From IMG/VR virus record IMGVR_UViG_3300008266_000002: a stretch of 64,000 nucleotides of DNA; one strand, given 5' to 3'. The DNA is from a virus. This document shows positions 1-9,177 of the stretch, in pieces. Position 1 is the stretch's first letter. Every line of letters starts with the position of its first letter. A model generated the notes under the pieces. The model was not told the origin of the DNA, searched no databases, and worked only from the letters and a program-made list of their open reading frames with translations. Position numbers and translations under genes: made by a program.

Positions 1-2
1 TT

Positions 3-1208
3 GTAGAGGTAATTAATGCACGACAAGCTGTTTTGGATACTCCTCTAGAGGTAAAGGCGTTTGATAATAGTGGTTTAGGTAGTAGAGAAATAAAACATAA
101 ATATTATCAAGCTGGATTATTTACTGGCAGTTTGACTTATATACCAACTGAGTTTACCTATACGACAAGTTCAGCAGTAAGTGAATCGTATGTTCAGTTT
201 ACGTTTACGGATTTAAAGCCTATTAGTGGAGAAGTTTATAGAATTAGAACATCGACGAAGTTTGGAGACACCGTTGGAGATTATAAGCTTTTAAATGATC
301 AAGTAGTTAAGCCCGTAGAGTATTTAACAGATGCGGAATATCCAAACGGAATTGCACATACTATGCACGATTCTGATTATCGTATGATTGGGCATTTCGT
401 AACTCAGTCAATATTAGAGACATATTGGAACTTTTATTCTGAAATACCAAACGAAGTAGACCTAGTTTCAGGATCTCTGGGAAACCTAATACAATCGGAC
501 TCAGCTTTATTAAACACAAGCTACACACAATCAAAAGTATTTACAACTGCATACGATCAAAACTACAACGAGAATCAGAAATATACGTTAAGTGCGTACA
601 TATCACTAGCACCATATACGGAGTTGGAATTTTATATGATCAGCGATCCACTTAATCTTCATGTGATAACACCATCAATTTTTCCAAAAGCGTTTTTGAA
701 GAGTCCTAATAATGAGAGGACTAGATATGGTGGGGATTATAGCAGGTTTGGAAAATATATTGGAAAAATTACAAATGATAGACCAACTCATAAGTACTAT
801 GGAAGAGTTCTGTTTGATTTTGAAGCTGATAGTGACGGACTTGGAAGTCCGCTTTTCAGAGCGAAAATCGTGGATGAGATGAATATTACTGGAAGCGCGT
901 ATGTAAGCGATATTAGTATAAAACCATACACCCTGAATGGATTTACCCCAACAATTGTTCAATATGCAGTACCTCTTCCAACTGAATTAGTACTAGCTTC
1001 ACAAGTATCGCAATCAATCGATTTTAAGATTGAATACTTAGACTACACAGGACGGCAATCGGAATACACAACCTATGTGGATGATGTTTTATTGAATTTT
1101 AGGGTACAAATTGCATCAAACACATGCCAAGACGATAAGCTGTTTTTTGCGTATGATGCATCTTACTTTAGTATACCAACTCAACCTAAATCATTACCTA
1201 GAACATAA
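3..1208 (+). CDS. Virion structural protein of unknown function, 5'-truncated by the window edge
   Basis: Frame is open from position 3. Beta-rich and full of TGS/SGS/TQS/SQS motifs, like the other structural proteins here. Confidence 0.55.
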   Translation, partial: VEVINARQAVLDTPLEVKAFDNSGLGSREIKHKYYQAGLFTGSLTYIPTEFTYTTSSAVSESYVQFTFTDLKPISGEVYRIRTSTKFGDTVGDYKLLNDQVVKPVEYLTDAEYPNGIAHTMHDSDYRMIGHFVTQSILETYWNFYSEIPNEVDLVSGSLGNLIQSDSALLNTSYTQSKVFTTAYDQNYNENQKYTLSAYISLAPYTELEFYMISDPLNLHVITPSIFPKAFLKSPNNERTRYGGDYSRFGKYIGKITNDRPTHKYYGRVLFDFEADSDGLGSPLFRAKIVDEMNITGSAYVSDISIKPYTLNGFTPTIVQYAVPLPTELVLASQVSQSIDFKIEYLDYTGRQSEYTTYVDDVLLNFRVQIASNTCQDDKLFFAYDASYFSIPTQPKSLPRT

Positions 1209-1209
1209 T

Positions 1210-2613
1210 ATGGGCGCTATAACCAGAGTTTTTGATTTATTTTATAAAAGATTCCAAACAGGTTCTACTGGAACTAATAATAATGATGGTTGGATAGGAA
1301 ATCTTTCAGAACTGTGGTGGGATATTGATAGTACCACACCACTAATATCAAGTTCTTTCCTAAATTACCCAAAAGATCCATCCATATCGTCATCATACCT
1401 TACAACGAGAGATTCAGGTAGCAATCAATTTTATCGTGCTATACCATGGGGTTCTGCTGCTTGTGATTATTTGTGGAATTGTAATGTGCCATCGTGGTCT
1501 TATCATGACTCGTCATCAACAGTGGAAAAACCAGGAGGTGGTGGATCGCGAGCAATTGTGGATCGTTTTTGGACTATAAACACCTTAACAACTGGAAGTT
1601 TCTTCAGATATTATCCTCCAGGAGTTAATAACAGCTTCGGAGTTGCAGGATATCCAGTTACATCTAGTTGGCGCGTATTAGATTTAAAATTTTTTGCAAG
1701 TATGAGTGGTAACACAACATCATCCTTTAGATACTTGCATCAGGCTCAGGGAGAGACAGTATATCCAACATTTGTAGGAAGCCAATACATAGCTTTTGTG
1801 TCACAATCGGAGAGAAGTCAAGAAATAGCATATGATATCACATGGCCTGCTATTACAAGTTTATCGACAGCGTCTGTTGACGGTGGTTATTTTGATCTAG
1901 GGGGTGCTGTAGGAATTACAAGAAGTGCTATTAGTCGCTCTCTCGTAACAATGTCAGTTTATAACTCGGATGTCACAGCTACAGGCATACGAAACATGAC
2001 AGAAGCTCTCAAATCACGAAGACTATTTTTTCCAGTACCAGTTAGCGGAAGTGGAACAACTTTAGGTACAGACTATTGGTTTAAACAAAATACTGGATAC
2101 AATGCAACAGAGGTATTTGATACTAACGGAGGAATTTACAATGTGCAATTTTCATTAAAAAAAGCAAGTGGTTCATATGACATGTATCCTGATAATGATA
2201 TGTTTATGACTGTTTTTATTCACGATGTGCAATCCAATGTACCAGTATTATCAGAACGAGTACCGGGAGCGGCAGGATGGTATCCTCCCGAGAATAATAT
2301 AGTTGTAATAGGTAATGGTTATGGATTAACTCCACAGATGACTTTTGTGGATCAACAATCAGGTTTACAAATTGAACGATTTAATTTCAACGTTATTCAA
2401 TATGGATATCCAGCTCAATTCTGTATTGAAGTAAGTGGTTCTTTGAGTAGCGATAAGTACTTTGGAGTGTTAGTAGATGATTTTCAAATATGTAAAGTGG
2501 GAGTGACGACCGATCCACAATTCATAAAACAACAATCAGTAGCACAAACAACTGTGATATTTACAGGACAGGGTACCGTCGCACCACCATCATTCCCAGC
2601 AGAAGAGTCTTAA
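1210..2613 (+). CDS. Putative virion structural protein, S/T/G-rich
   Basis: ATG at 1210 follows the previous stop directly and is preferred over the track start at 1111. Many [S/T]-x-S motifs. Confidence 0.55.
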   Translation: MGAITRVFDLFYKRFQTGSTGTNNNDGWIGNLSELWWDIDSTTPLISSSFLNYPKDPSISSSYLTTRDSGSNQFYRAIPWGSAACDYLWNCNVPSWSYHDSSSTVEKPGGGGSRAIVDRFWTINTLTTGSFFRYYPPGVNNSFGVAGYPVTSSWRVLDLKFFASMSGNTTSSFRYLHQAQGETVYPTFVGSQYIAFVSQSERSQEIAYDITWPAITSLSTASVDGGYFDLGGAVGITRSAISRSLVTMSVYNSDVTATGIRNMTEALKSRRLFFPVPVSGSGTTLGTDYWFKQNTGYNATEVFDTNGGIYNVQFSLKKASGSYDMYPDNDMFMTVFIHDVQSNVPVLSERVPGAAGWYPPENNIVVIGNGYGLTPQMTFVDQQSGLQIERFNFNVIQYGYPAQFCIEVSGSLSSDKYFGVLVDDFQICKVGVTTDPQFIKQQSVAQTTVIFTGQGTVAPPSFPAEES

Positions 2614-2614
2614 T

Positions 2615-3166
2615 ATGATAGCAAACAAGACAATCCAAAATGTGACTAAACCTTTCCCAATTGTGCAAGCACTAAGAAATGAGCATGCACTAGGAAAAAT
2701 ATTAATTAAAAATGTCTATCAGCAGTGGAAAGGTGAGAGTATTCAGCAAGTGAAACAATTGCATGAGAATAACCCCTATTCATTAAGAATTGGAATGCCA
2801 AAAATAGATGATGAATTGAGAGGAGATGCAATGTATTTTATCTTGCACTACTTATCATACAATCCAATTACAAAGGATATTGAAAAACGTGAATTAATTC
2901 CATATCGTAATATGGAAAAATTATATATTGGTCAATCTATTCAAGAAAAGGAGTATAGTGATTATCGATTGTTTGTTGATGGGAAGGCCGTTATGCAAGA
3001 TCTACACTTAACAAACATAGATCAAAACCAATCGATTACCCAGCTAATAGTAAACCTAACGAATAAAGTTGAAAAACTACAAGCTGAAGTAATAAATTTA
3101 CGTCGTCAACTTAATTCGAGCCATATTTATACACAAGGTACCGTTAACAATGAATTTACTATCTAA
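2615..3166 (+). CDS. Hypothetical protein with C-terminal coiled coil
   Basis: 183-aa ORF in tight operon; heptad pattern in LTNKVEKLQAEVINLRRQL. Confidence 0.5.
   Translation: MIANKTIQNVTKPFPIVQALRNEHALGKILIKNVYQQWKGESIQQVKQLHENNPYSLRIGMPKIDDELRGDAMYFILHYLSYNPITKDIEKRELIPYRNMEKLYIGQSIQEKEYSDYRLFVDGKAVMQDLHLTNIDQNQSITQLIVNLTNKVEKLQAEVINLRRQLNSSHIYTQGTVNNEFTI
3124..3131 (+). promoter_or_regulatory. Putative phage late promoter TATTTATA (first of 16 exact copies noted)
   Basis: Exact copies just upstream of start codons at 3124, 7544, 10761, 19308, 19837, 20577, 25021, 30368, 30694, 35290, 44970, 52845, 54740, 58310, 61219 and 62003. One-mismatch variants at 12640, 16509, 33695, 34162 and 50087. 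Confidence 0.75.
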
Positions 3167-5033
3167 ATATTTAGTCGAAAGTATTATAAAGGAGCTGCAA
3201 TCGAGTGTTGTAGTTTTATTGCCTGGAGGATTTAAGCCACCACATGCAGGACATTTAGAGCTAGCCAAAAGATATGCGAGTCAAGCAAATGTTTCGGAAG
3301 TAAGAGTGCTAATTGGTCCAAAAGAGAGAGATGGAATAACTAGAGATCAAAGTGTTGCAGTGTGGAAGTTATTACTTGGCAACACACCAAATATTGTCGT
3401 AGAAAGTGTAGCTGATGACAACCCAATGAGAGCAGCTTACAAATATATTGAAACGGCAGAACCTGGAACATATGCATTGGGTGCTAGTTCAAAAGGAGAG
3501 GATTATGCAAGAGTAAAAGGCTTTGTTGATGGACATGCTTTAGGTACAAAATATCATAGACCTGGAGTTGAAGTAATTGAGTTATCTGTAGACACAGCTC
3601 CAATATATTATAAGGGAAGAACAGATGGTACAAACGGTAAGGGAATAAGTGCATCAACACTCAGAGCAGACTTAGCTGCGAACGATTATACTAACTTCAA
3701 GACAAACTACCCAAACATACCTGAATCCGTAACGAAAGCAATTTTTAACATATTGACAAAAAAGACCCTCAGTGAAAGGACAATATTGACGGAAGGTGGT
3801 GCTGCTGGTCATATGACACATCCGTACGAAGATTACGATATGTCCTTCAAAGATATGGAAAGTATGATTGATGCAGCTCTAAGTGGAAAAGTAGAATTTG
3901 CTCAAGAAAAGTTGGATGGTCAAAATTTAATGGTCACTTATAAGGATGGAAAAGTAAGAGCAGCAAGAAACAAAGGACATCTAAAGAATGCTGGGGAAAC
4001 TTCATTAACACTGAAGCAAATAGAGGATATGTATGCGGACAGAGGACCAATCCAAACAGCATTTACTGAAGCAATGAGGGATATGGAAACTGCAATTAAT
4101 AGACTGACTCCACAACAAAAACAAGAATTTTTTGGTAACGGCACTAAATTTGTAAACTTTGAAATTTTATATCCGGCAACAGCAAATGTAGTTCCTTATG
4201 GAGCAGCTCAACTAAGACTACATAATATAACAGAATATGACGAAAGTGGTAATGTTGTTAATACGGATACAAATTTAGTAAAGCAATTGGATAGTGCTAT
4301 ACGTCAGGTAGAAGCACAAAATCAAAAAACATATGAAATTCGTGTTACTGATCCAATAACACTGAATAAAACCAAGGACTACGAAAAACAAAAACAAGAA
4401 CTCATTAAGGCTGTTCAGGATATTAAGGCAAAATTCAATTTAAAGGACTCAGACACTTTAGCAACTTATATTAGACGTTGGTGGGAGCGTTTCTTAAAGG
4501 CTAGTGCAAAAGCATATGGTTATGAAATTACACCACAGAATATAGAACAGCTAACTAATCGTTGGGCATTTTCTGACAAGAGTACAAACATCAAAGCCGT
4601 ACGTGATGCCGTAACGAATGATGATTTTAAAAACTGGATAGTGTCATTTGATAAATCTGATTTTGCTACACAAAAGAAAATAGCAATTAAACCATTTGAA
4701 TCTGTTTTCCTTAGATTAGGAGTCAGTGTTCTTAAAAACATATCCCAATTAGTATCACTGAATCCAGATCAAAGTGTCAGACAAATAAGAAAGGATTTAG
4801 ATAATGCAATTACACAAATTAAACAAGCAGCCACCACGAGAGATATGGGGGATGATGACGCATCATTAAAATTCCTTAAACGTGAACTTGAGAAATTAAA
4901 GGATATTGGAGGATTTGATGCCATTGTACCGCTAGAAGGTGTTGTGTTTAAGTATGGGGGTAAGCTATATAAATTAACGGGAGCATTTGCACCAATCAAT
5001 CAAATCATAGGGTATTTAAAATTTGGAAGATAA
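3150..5033 (+). CDS. Two-domain protein: HxGH cytidylyltransferase-like nucleotidyltransferase plus KxDG ligase-like domain
   Basis: N-domain has PGGFKPPHAGH and ISASTLR. C-domain has EGGAAGHMTHP, QEKLDGQN, LEGVVF and YKLTG (ATP-dependent ligase-type motifs). Confidence 0.65.
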   Translation: MNLLSKYLVESIIKELQSSVVVLLPGGFKPPHAGHLELAKRYASQANVSEVRVLIGPKERDGITRDQSVAVWKLLLGNTPNIVVESVADDNPMRAAYKYIETAEPGTYALGASSKGEDYARVKGFVDGHALGTKYHRPGVEVIELSVDTAPIYYKGRTDGTNGKGISASTLRADLAANDYTNFKTNYPNIPESVTKAIFNILTKKTLSERTILTEGGAAGHMTHPYEDYDMSFKDMESMIDAALSGKVEFAQEKLDGQNLMVTYKDGKVRAARNKGHLKNAGETSLTLKQIEDMYADRGPIQTAFTEAMRDMETAINRLTPQQKQEFFGNGTKFVNFEILYPATANVVPYGAAQLRLHNITEYDESGNVVNTDTNLVKQLDSAIRQVEAQNQKTYEIRVTDPITLNKTKDYEKQKQELIKAVQDIKAKFNLKDSDTLATYIRRWWERFLKASAKAYGYEITPQNIEQLTNRWAFSDKSTNIKAVRDAVTNDDFKNWIVSFDKSDFATQKKIAIKPFESVFLRLGVSVLKNISQLVSLNPDQSVRQIRKDLDNAITQIKQAATTRDMGDDDASLKFLKRELEKLKDIGGFDAIVPLEGVVFKYGGKLYKLTGAFAPINQIIGYLKFGR

Positions 5034-5034
5034 T

Positions 5035-5331
5035 ATGAAACTAAAAAAACTATTGGAAAAAAAAGAGGCCATTGCCACATCACCAAGCACAAATATGACT
5101 CTTCATTACGACTCAGGATTTGATAGTGTTGGTGAAGATGGAACACCAGAATTTAACTTTACCATAAGTGTATCATCAACTGGAGGAAAAGAATTCTTTA
5201 GAGGTGTAGCTGATAGTGAAGAAAGTGCAAAAATGGCTGAGGGTGTAAGATTAGAGCTTAGAAGAGCCTTGCGTAGATTTGACAAAAATGTTCAACAAAT
5301 TATCGAAAAATATCACTTACAAGCAAGATGA
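5035..5331 (+). CDS. Hypothetical protein with MKLKKLLE N-terminus
   Basis: ATG 5035 immediately after the upstream stop. Confidence 0.55.
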   Translation: MKLKKLLEKKEAIATSPSTNMTLHYDSGFDSVGEDGTPEFNFTISVSSTGGKEFFRGVADSEESAKMAEGVRLELRRALRRFDKNVQQIIEKYHLQAR

Positions 5332-5834
5332 AAAATTTACATGTTACGACTGGAAAAATTACTACTAAACGTGTTGAAGGAGATGAATGGGAAGAAGGTG
5401 GTAAGTTATGGACTATTAAGAATGGTATAAAGAGAACGGTTACAAAAATGGATCATGCACGAAAAGAGTTTTTAACTCCATTAGCATGTCCAGAATGTGG
5501 ATCCCCAATGAAGCATCATTTAGATGAGAAAATGTGGGCAATACATAAAAGATGTTTCAACTGTGTTATTGATATGGAGCATGAGATTATGAAAGCAGGA
5601 AATTGGGAAGAGTATGAGAAGGGCAAAATATTAGCAAACGCAAATAGTTTTATAAAAGATTTAGAGGAATATGTGCAAGAATTTGTACAAGATCAAACAT
5701 CCAAATCACATGTTACAGAGGATGGTTTAATTGAGAAGTGGAAGGATGCTGATCAAAGTTATTTAAAACAAATTGGTGAAACTGTAATAACTGAAGTAAA
5801 ACAAAACGTTGAAAATTTTGCAAATAATGATTGA
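5328..5834 (+). CDS. Zinc-finger hypothetical protein
   Basis: CPEC...CFNC cysteine pairs. Confidence 0.6.
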   Translation: MKNLHVTTGKITTKRVEGDEWEEGGKLWTIKNGIKRTVTKMDHARKEFLTPLACPECGSPMKHHLDEKMWAIHKRCFNCVIDMEHEIMKAGNWEEYEKGKILANANSFIKDLEEYVQEFVQDQTSKSHVTEDGLIEKWKDADQSYLKQIGETVITEVKQNVENFANND

Positions 5835-6438
5835 TACTGGAATAGTTGTAGCAATAATTACGAGCATTCTTGGGCCCGTAATCGTAGTATTATTGAATAC
5901 AAGATTAAACAAGAAAAAGAAAGGTGGTGATATGGTTGCAGACGCATTAGCAGTCAGCGATAAGATTATGCACAAACTAGATTACATTAAGGATGAGTTT
6001 AAAGCTGATCGAGTTTGGTTAGCTCAATTCCATAACGGTGGTCATTTTTATCCTACTGGAAAATCAATTGCTAAGTTTAGTATGGTGTATGAGATCGTTG
6101 AATCAACAACCAAATCAATCCAAAGCAATTTTCAAAACATCCCAGTGAGTTTATTTAGTAAGCCAATTAATCATCTACTAGAAAAAGAAGTTATTGAGAT
6201 ACCTGATTATAGAGATGAAACGGTTGCAACTTATGGATTAAAATATATTGCTGAAGATGCCGGATCAAAGTCAACATACATGTTTGCAATTAAAACAATC
6301 GACAATAAGTTTATTGGTGTATTAGCCATAGACTTTACAAGAAAGAGAGTGCAATTAGATCACGATCAAATTAACATTATCCATAATCATGCCACTGCAA
6401 TAGGTGGTGTACTGAATACCCACTTACACAAAAACTAA
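5827..6438 (+). CDS. Single-TM protein with GAF-like domain; possible T4 gpT-type holin
   Basis: N-terminal hydrophobic helix IVVAIITSILGPVIVVLL followed by basic residues, then a GAF-like ADRVWLAQFHNG...FIGVLAIDF region. Confidence 0.5.
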   Translation: MIDTGIVVAIITSILGPVIVVLLNTRLNKKKKGGDMVADALAVSDKIMHKLDYIKDEFKADRVWLAQFHNGGHFYPTGKSIAKFSMVYEIVESTTKSIQSNFQNIPVSLFSKPINHLLEKEVIEIPDYRDETVATYGLKYIAEDAGSKSTYMFAIKTIDNKFIGVLAIDFTRKRVQLDHDQINIIHNHATAIGGVLNTHLHKN

Positions 6439-6439
6439 T

Positions 6440-6922
6440 ATGAACGAAGAATCAAAAGGCCTTTGGCATAATATTAGAGCAAAAAGAGCAAGAGGTGAGA
6501 AGCCAGCTCGTAAGGGATCTGAAGCTTATAAAAAGGCAGTGACAGCTGCAAAAAAGATTAATGAGGCTAATGAAGAGGTGACTCTGTGTGAGGTATGTGC
6601 ATTAGCCTTATTAGAAGATATCGTAGCTGGCAAGTATATGCTCTCAGAAGCTGAGTACAAAGGTCGTGAAGTTAAGTTGGGTAAGCCAATGAAGGGTGAC
6701 GTAAAAAAGTATAAAGTTTATGTCAAGAATGATGCTGGTAATGTAGTAAAGGTGAATTTTGGCGATAAAGGACTTTCTATTAAGAGAGATGATCCAGAAC
6801 GTAGAAGATCGTTCAGAGCACGTCACAAATGTTCACAGAAGAAAGATAGAACCTCTGCAGGATATTGGAGTTGTAGAATGTGGTCTAGTAAGCCGGTTAG
6901 TCAAATATTAAAAGGAAAGTAA
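6440..6922 (+). CDS. Basic conserved phage protein, two modules separated by LxE-type sites
   Basis: GLWHNIRAKRARGEK module, then EAEYKGREVKLGKP...VNFGD...SFRARHKC...YWSC module typical of T4-like phages. Confidence 0.6.
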   Translation: MNEESKGLWHNIRAKRARGEKPARKGSEAYKKAVTAAKKINEANEEVTLCEVCALALLEDIVAGKYMLSEAEYKGREVKLGKPMKGDVKKYKVYVKNDAGNVVKVNFGDKGLSIKRDDPERRRSFRARHKCSQKKDRTSAGYWSCRMWSSKPVSQILKGK

Positions 6923-6923
6923 T

Positions 6924-7127
6924 ATGCCATACACTCATAAAAAGGTAGGGGATAAATATTGTGTTTATAAAAAGGACACAGGAAAAAAAGTTGGATGTAC
7001 TGATGGAAACAAAGAGGCCTTGCGAAAGTATTTAGCTGCTCTACATATTCAAGCAAATGAAAATTTACAACCAACCTTGCGTGAAATACTTCGTCAAGAA
7101 ATCCGCAAAATAATAAAATCCTTATGA
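6924..7127 (+). CDS. Small basic hypothetical protein
   Basis: 67 aa; C-terminus LREILRQEIRKII resembles the cassette leader motif. Confidence 0.55.
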   Translation: MPYTHKKVGDKYCVYKKDTGKKVGCTDGNKEALRKYLAALHIQANENLQPTLREILRQEIRKIIKSL

Positions 7128-7537
7128 TAAAATTAGTTGATATATTATTGGAAGCTGAGAAAGGAAAATGCCCACCAGCTACACAAGATATTAGTTTAAA
7201 TCTTAAAAATAGACAGAAGGCTATTGAGGAATATGGTTATGGTCCATTGAATCCTAACGAACCAAATGAAAAATTTTGGAATAAGAAAGTTGAAATGTGG
7301 CAGTTGGATTCGGTTGAGGAAGCTAAGGAGGCTTTATGTGGAAACTGTGCTGCATTTGATATTACTAAAAAAACATTAAATTGTATTGCAATGGGGATTG
7401 GTGATGACGAAGGTAGTGAAGATCCATTCGATGTAATAGAGGCTGGTCAATTGGGTTATTGTAGATTCTTAAAGTTTAAGTGCGCAGCTAAGAGAACTTG
7501 TGATGCTTGGGTAGTTGGAGGACCAATTAAAGATTAA
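7124..7537 (+). CDS. Cys-rich hypothetical protein with HiPIP-like cysteine spacing
   Basis: CGNCAAF...GYCRFLKFKCAAKRTCDAW; N-terminus MIKLVDILLE. Confidence 0.5.
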   Translation: MIKLVDILLEAEKGKCPPATQDISLNLKNRQKAIEEYGYGPLNPNEPNEKFWNKKVEMWQLDSVEEAKEALCGNCAAFDITKKTLNCIAMGIGDDEGSEDPFDVIEAGQLGYCRFLKFKCAAKRTCDAWVVGGPIKD

Positions 7538-7564
7538 TGTGTATATTTATATAAAATAACAAAA

Positions 7565-7981
7565 ATGAAACTTATAAACCTCATACCACTAAAAGAGCTT
7601 GCAGTTGAAGATGTATCGGCAACAGAGCCAGAAATGATCGCAACTCCATACTTTCGTGAATTCCAGACCGTTCATGGATATAGACCAGTGTTTAAATATA
7701 TTGGTAATAAAGGTGACCAAATGATCTTTGTTGCTGACGTAAATGATTTCGGCATGTTGGATATGATTATTACAGATGCAAAATTATTTGCCAAAGTAAC
7801 AGAAAAAGAAGCTACTTTTGGTATAGTTTACACTTTATCGGGTCTTGAGCAGTTTGATGCCACGGTATGTAAGATGAAACAAAAAAACGGTCAAATTGAG
7901 CGTTTAATGTTTGACAATAAAGATAAGAAAAATTTTGATGCTAAAACAACTAATTTCGTTGACTTATTAGATAAACAATAA
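7565..7981 (+). CDS. Hypothetical protein with MKLINLIPLKE leader
   Basis: Preceded by TATTTATA at 7544. Confidence 0.6.
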   Translation: MKLINLIPLKELAVEDVSATEPEMIATPYFREFQTVHGYRPVFKYIGNKGDQMIFVADVNDFGMLDMIITDAKLFAKVTEKEATFGIVYTLSGLEQFDATVCKMKQKNGQIERLMFDNKDKKNFDAKTTNFVDLLDKQ

Positions 7982-8298
7982 TGAAAAAGAACACTGCAAA
8001 AAAATCCTTAATGGAAAATAGTTTACGTCAATTGATTAGAAAAGAAATATATAGATTGATGGAAGCTGAAGAAACTGAAGAGGTGCCTCAAGAAGAGCCT
8101 CAACCAGAAGAAGAGGGAATGAGTGCTGATTTTGAGGAAGCACTTAACTATTTTATCAGAAAGCTGAGAAGTAGTACTGATAATGTGGGTGATGATGATC
8201 TAGTAGAAATGCTTAGTACCATTATAGACACTTTTACATCATCAAACGAGTCAAAATTAAATATACTTAAGCAGGTAAGAAACAACACTGTACGATAA
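7981..8298 (+). CDS. Acidic hypothetical protein with leader-like SLRQLIRKEIYRLME motif
   Basis: Stop/start overlap with neighbours; motif shared with the cassette family. Confidence 0.55.
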   Translation: MKKNTAKKSLMENSLRQLIRKEIYRLMEAEETEEVPQEEPQPEEEGMSADFEEALNYFIRKLRSSTDNVGDDDLVEMLSTIIDTFTSSNESKLNILKQVRNNTVR

Positions 8299-8477
8299 TG
8301 AAAACATCACATATCATTAAACGACTAAAAGAAGATACAGAGTATCAGGAGTTTTTTAAAAAAGCAATGAAAAAATTTGATATTTCGTCACCAGCTGAAT
8401 TAAGTGGTGAAAAGAAAAAGGATTTTTTTAACTACGTAGATACAAACTACAAAGCTAAAACTGAAACACGATTCTAA
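8298..8477 (+). CDS. Small protein of 59 aa, not in the ORF track
   Basis: MKTSHIIKRLKEDTEYQEFFKKAMKKFDISSPAELSGEKKKDFFNYVDTNYKAKTETRF; fills the gap exactly, with TAATG overlaps at both ends. Confidence 0.7.
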   Translation: MKTSHIIKRLKEDTEYQEFFKKAMKKFDISSPAELSGEKKKDFFNYVDTNYKAKTETRF

Positions 8478-8830
8478 TGAAATTGGAACGAGTTATAATT
8501 GTTATACTTGCATCAATCATAGTTGGTTTGTCTGTGTATGTAATATTTTTTGATAAAGGTAAAAATGATTACGTAGACAAATATAAAGACGATAAGGATA
8601 AAATTGACAGCCTTACTGCAAAGATAAGTGATTTACGTAAAGTGCAATTAAAGCAAGATTCCTTGATAAATACTTACGAAAGTCGTATAGTCTATTATAA
8701 ATCAGAAATAAACAAAGTTGATAAAAAGATTGCAACAATACGCAAAGAGTATGAAGATAGGATTAAAGACGCTTATAATTACACTCCTTCTCAACTCGAC
8801 AGCTTTTTCGCAAACCGTTACACAAGATAG
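8477..8830 (+). CDS. Membrane-anchored coiled-coil protein, i-spanin/Rz-like
   Basis: N-terminal TM helix VIIVILASIIVGLSVYVIFF, then a long coiled coil. Confidence 0.5.
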   Translation: MKLERVIIVILASIIVGLSVYVIFFDKGKNDYVDKYKDDKDKIDSLTAKISDLRKVQLKQDSLINTYESRIVYYKSEINKVDKKIATIRKEYEDRIKDAYNYTPSQLDSFFANRYTR

Positions 8831-9167
8831 TTGCGAAACACGCTTGCCGTGTGATATCTCAAGAAGAGTTGTAGTAGACCTTCTTGAAGGAGATTTAGCA
8901 AAAAAGGAATTGGAGCTCTTCCAAGAAAAGCTGCGTCTAACAGACCAAATAGTAAGCTCTCAAAACGACATCATTACTTCCCACAGAATCAAAGTTCAGG
9001 CCTATAATGAGCAAATACGTATGTATGAGCAAAAAGAGGCATTATACAATAGTATTGTTCTTGGATTAGAAAAAGATAAAAAAACTTTAAAGAGAACAGT
9101 CAAGTTTTTAGGAATTTCGGTTGGTGTTGTTACGATCACAACCATAGTTGGATTCTTATTACGCTAA
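8751..9167 (+). CDS. Secreted coiled-coil protein with C-terminal hydrophobic helix, possible spanin partner
   Basis: Signal-peptide-like MKIGLKTLIITLLLNSTAFSQ; overlaps the previous gene; ends FLGISVGVVTITTIVGFLLR. Confidence 0.45.
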   Translation: MKIGLKTLIITLLLNSTAFSQTVTQDSCETRLPCDISRRVVVDLLEGDLAKKELELFQEKLRLTDQIVSSQNDIITSHRIKVQAYNEQIRMYEQKEALYNSIVLGLEKDKKTLKRTVKFLGISVGVVTITTIVGFLLR

Positions 9168-9177
9168 AAGGTTACAT

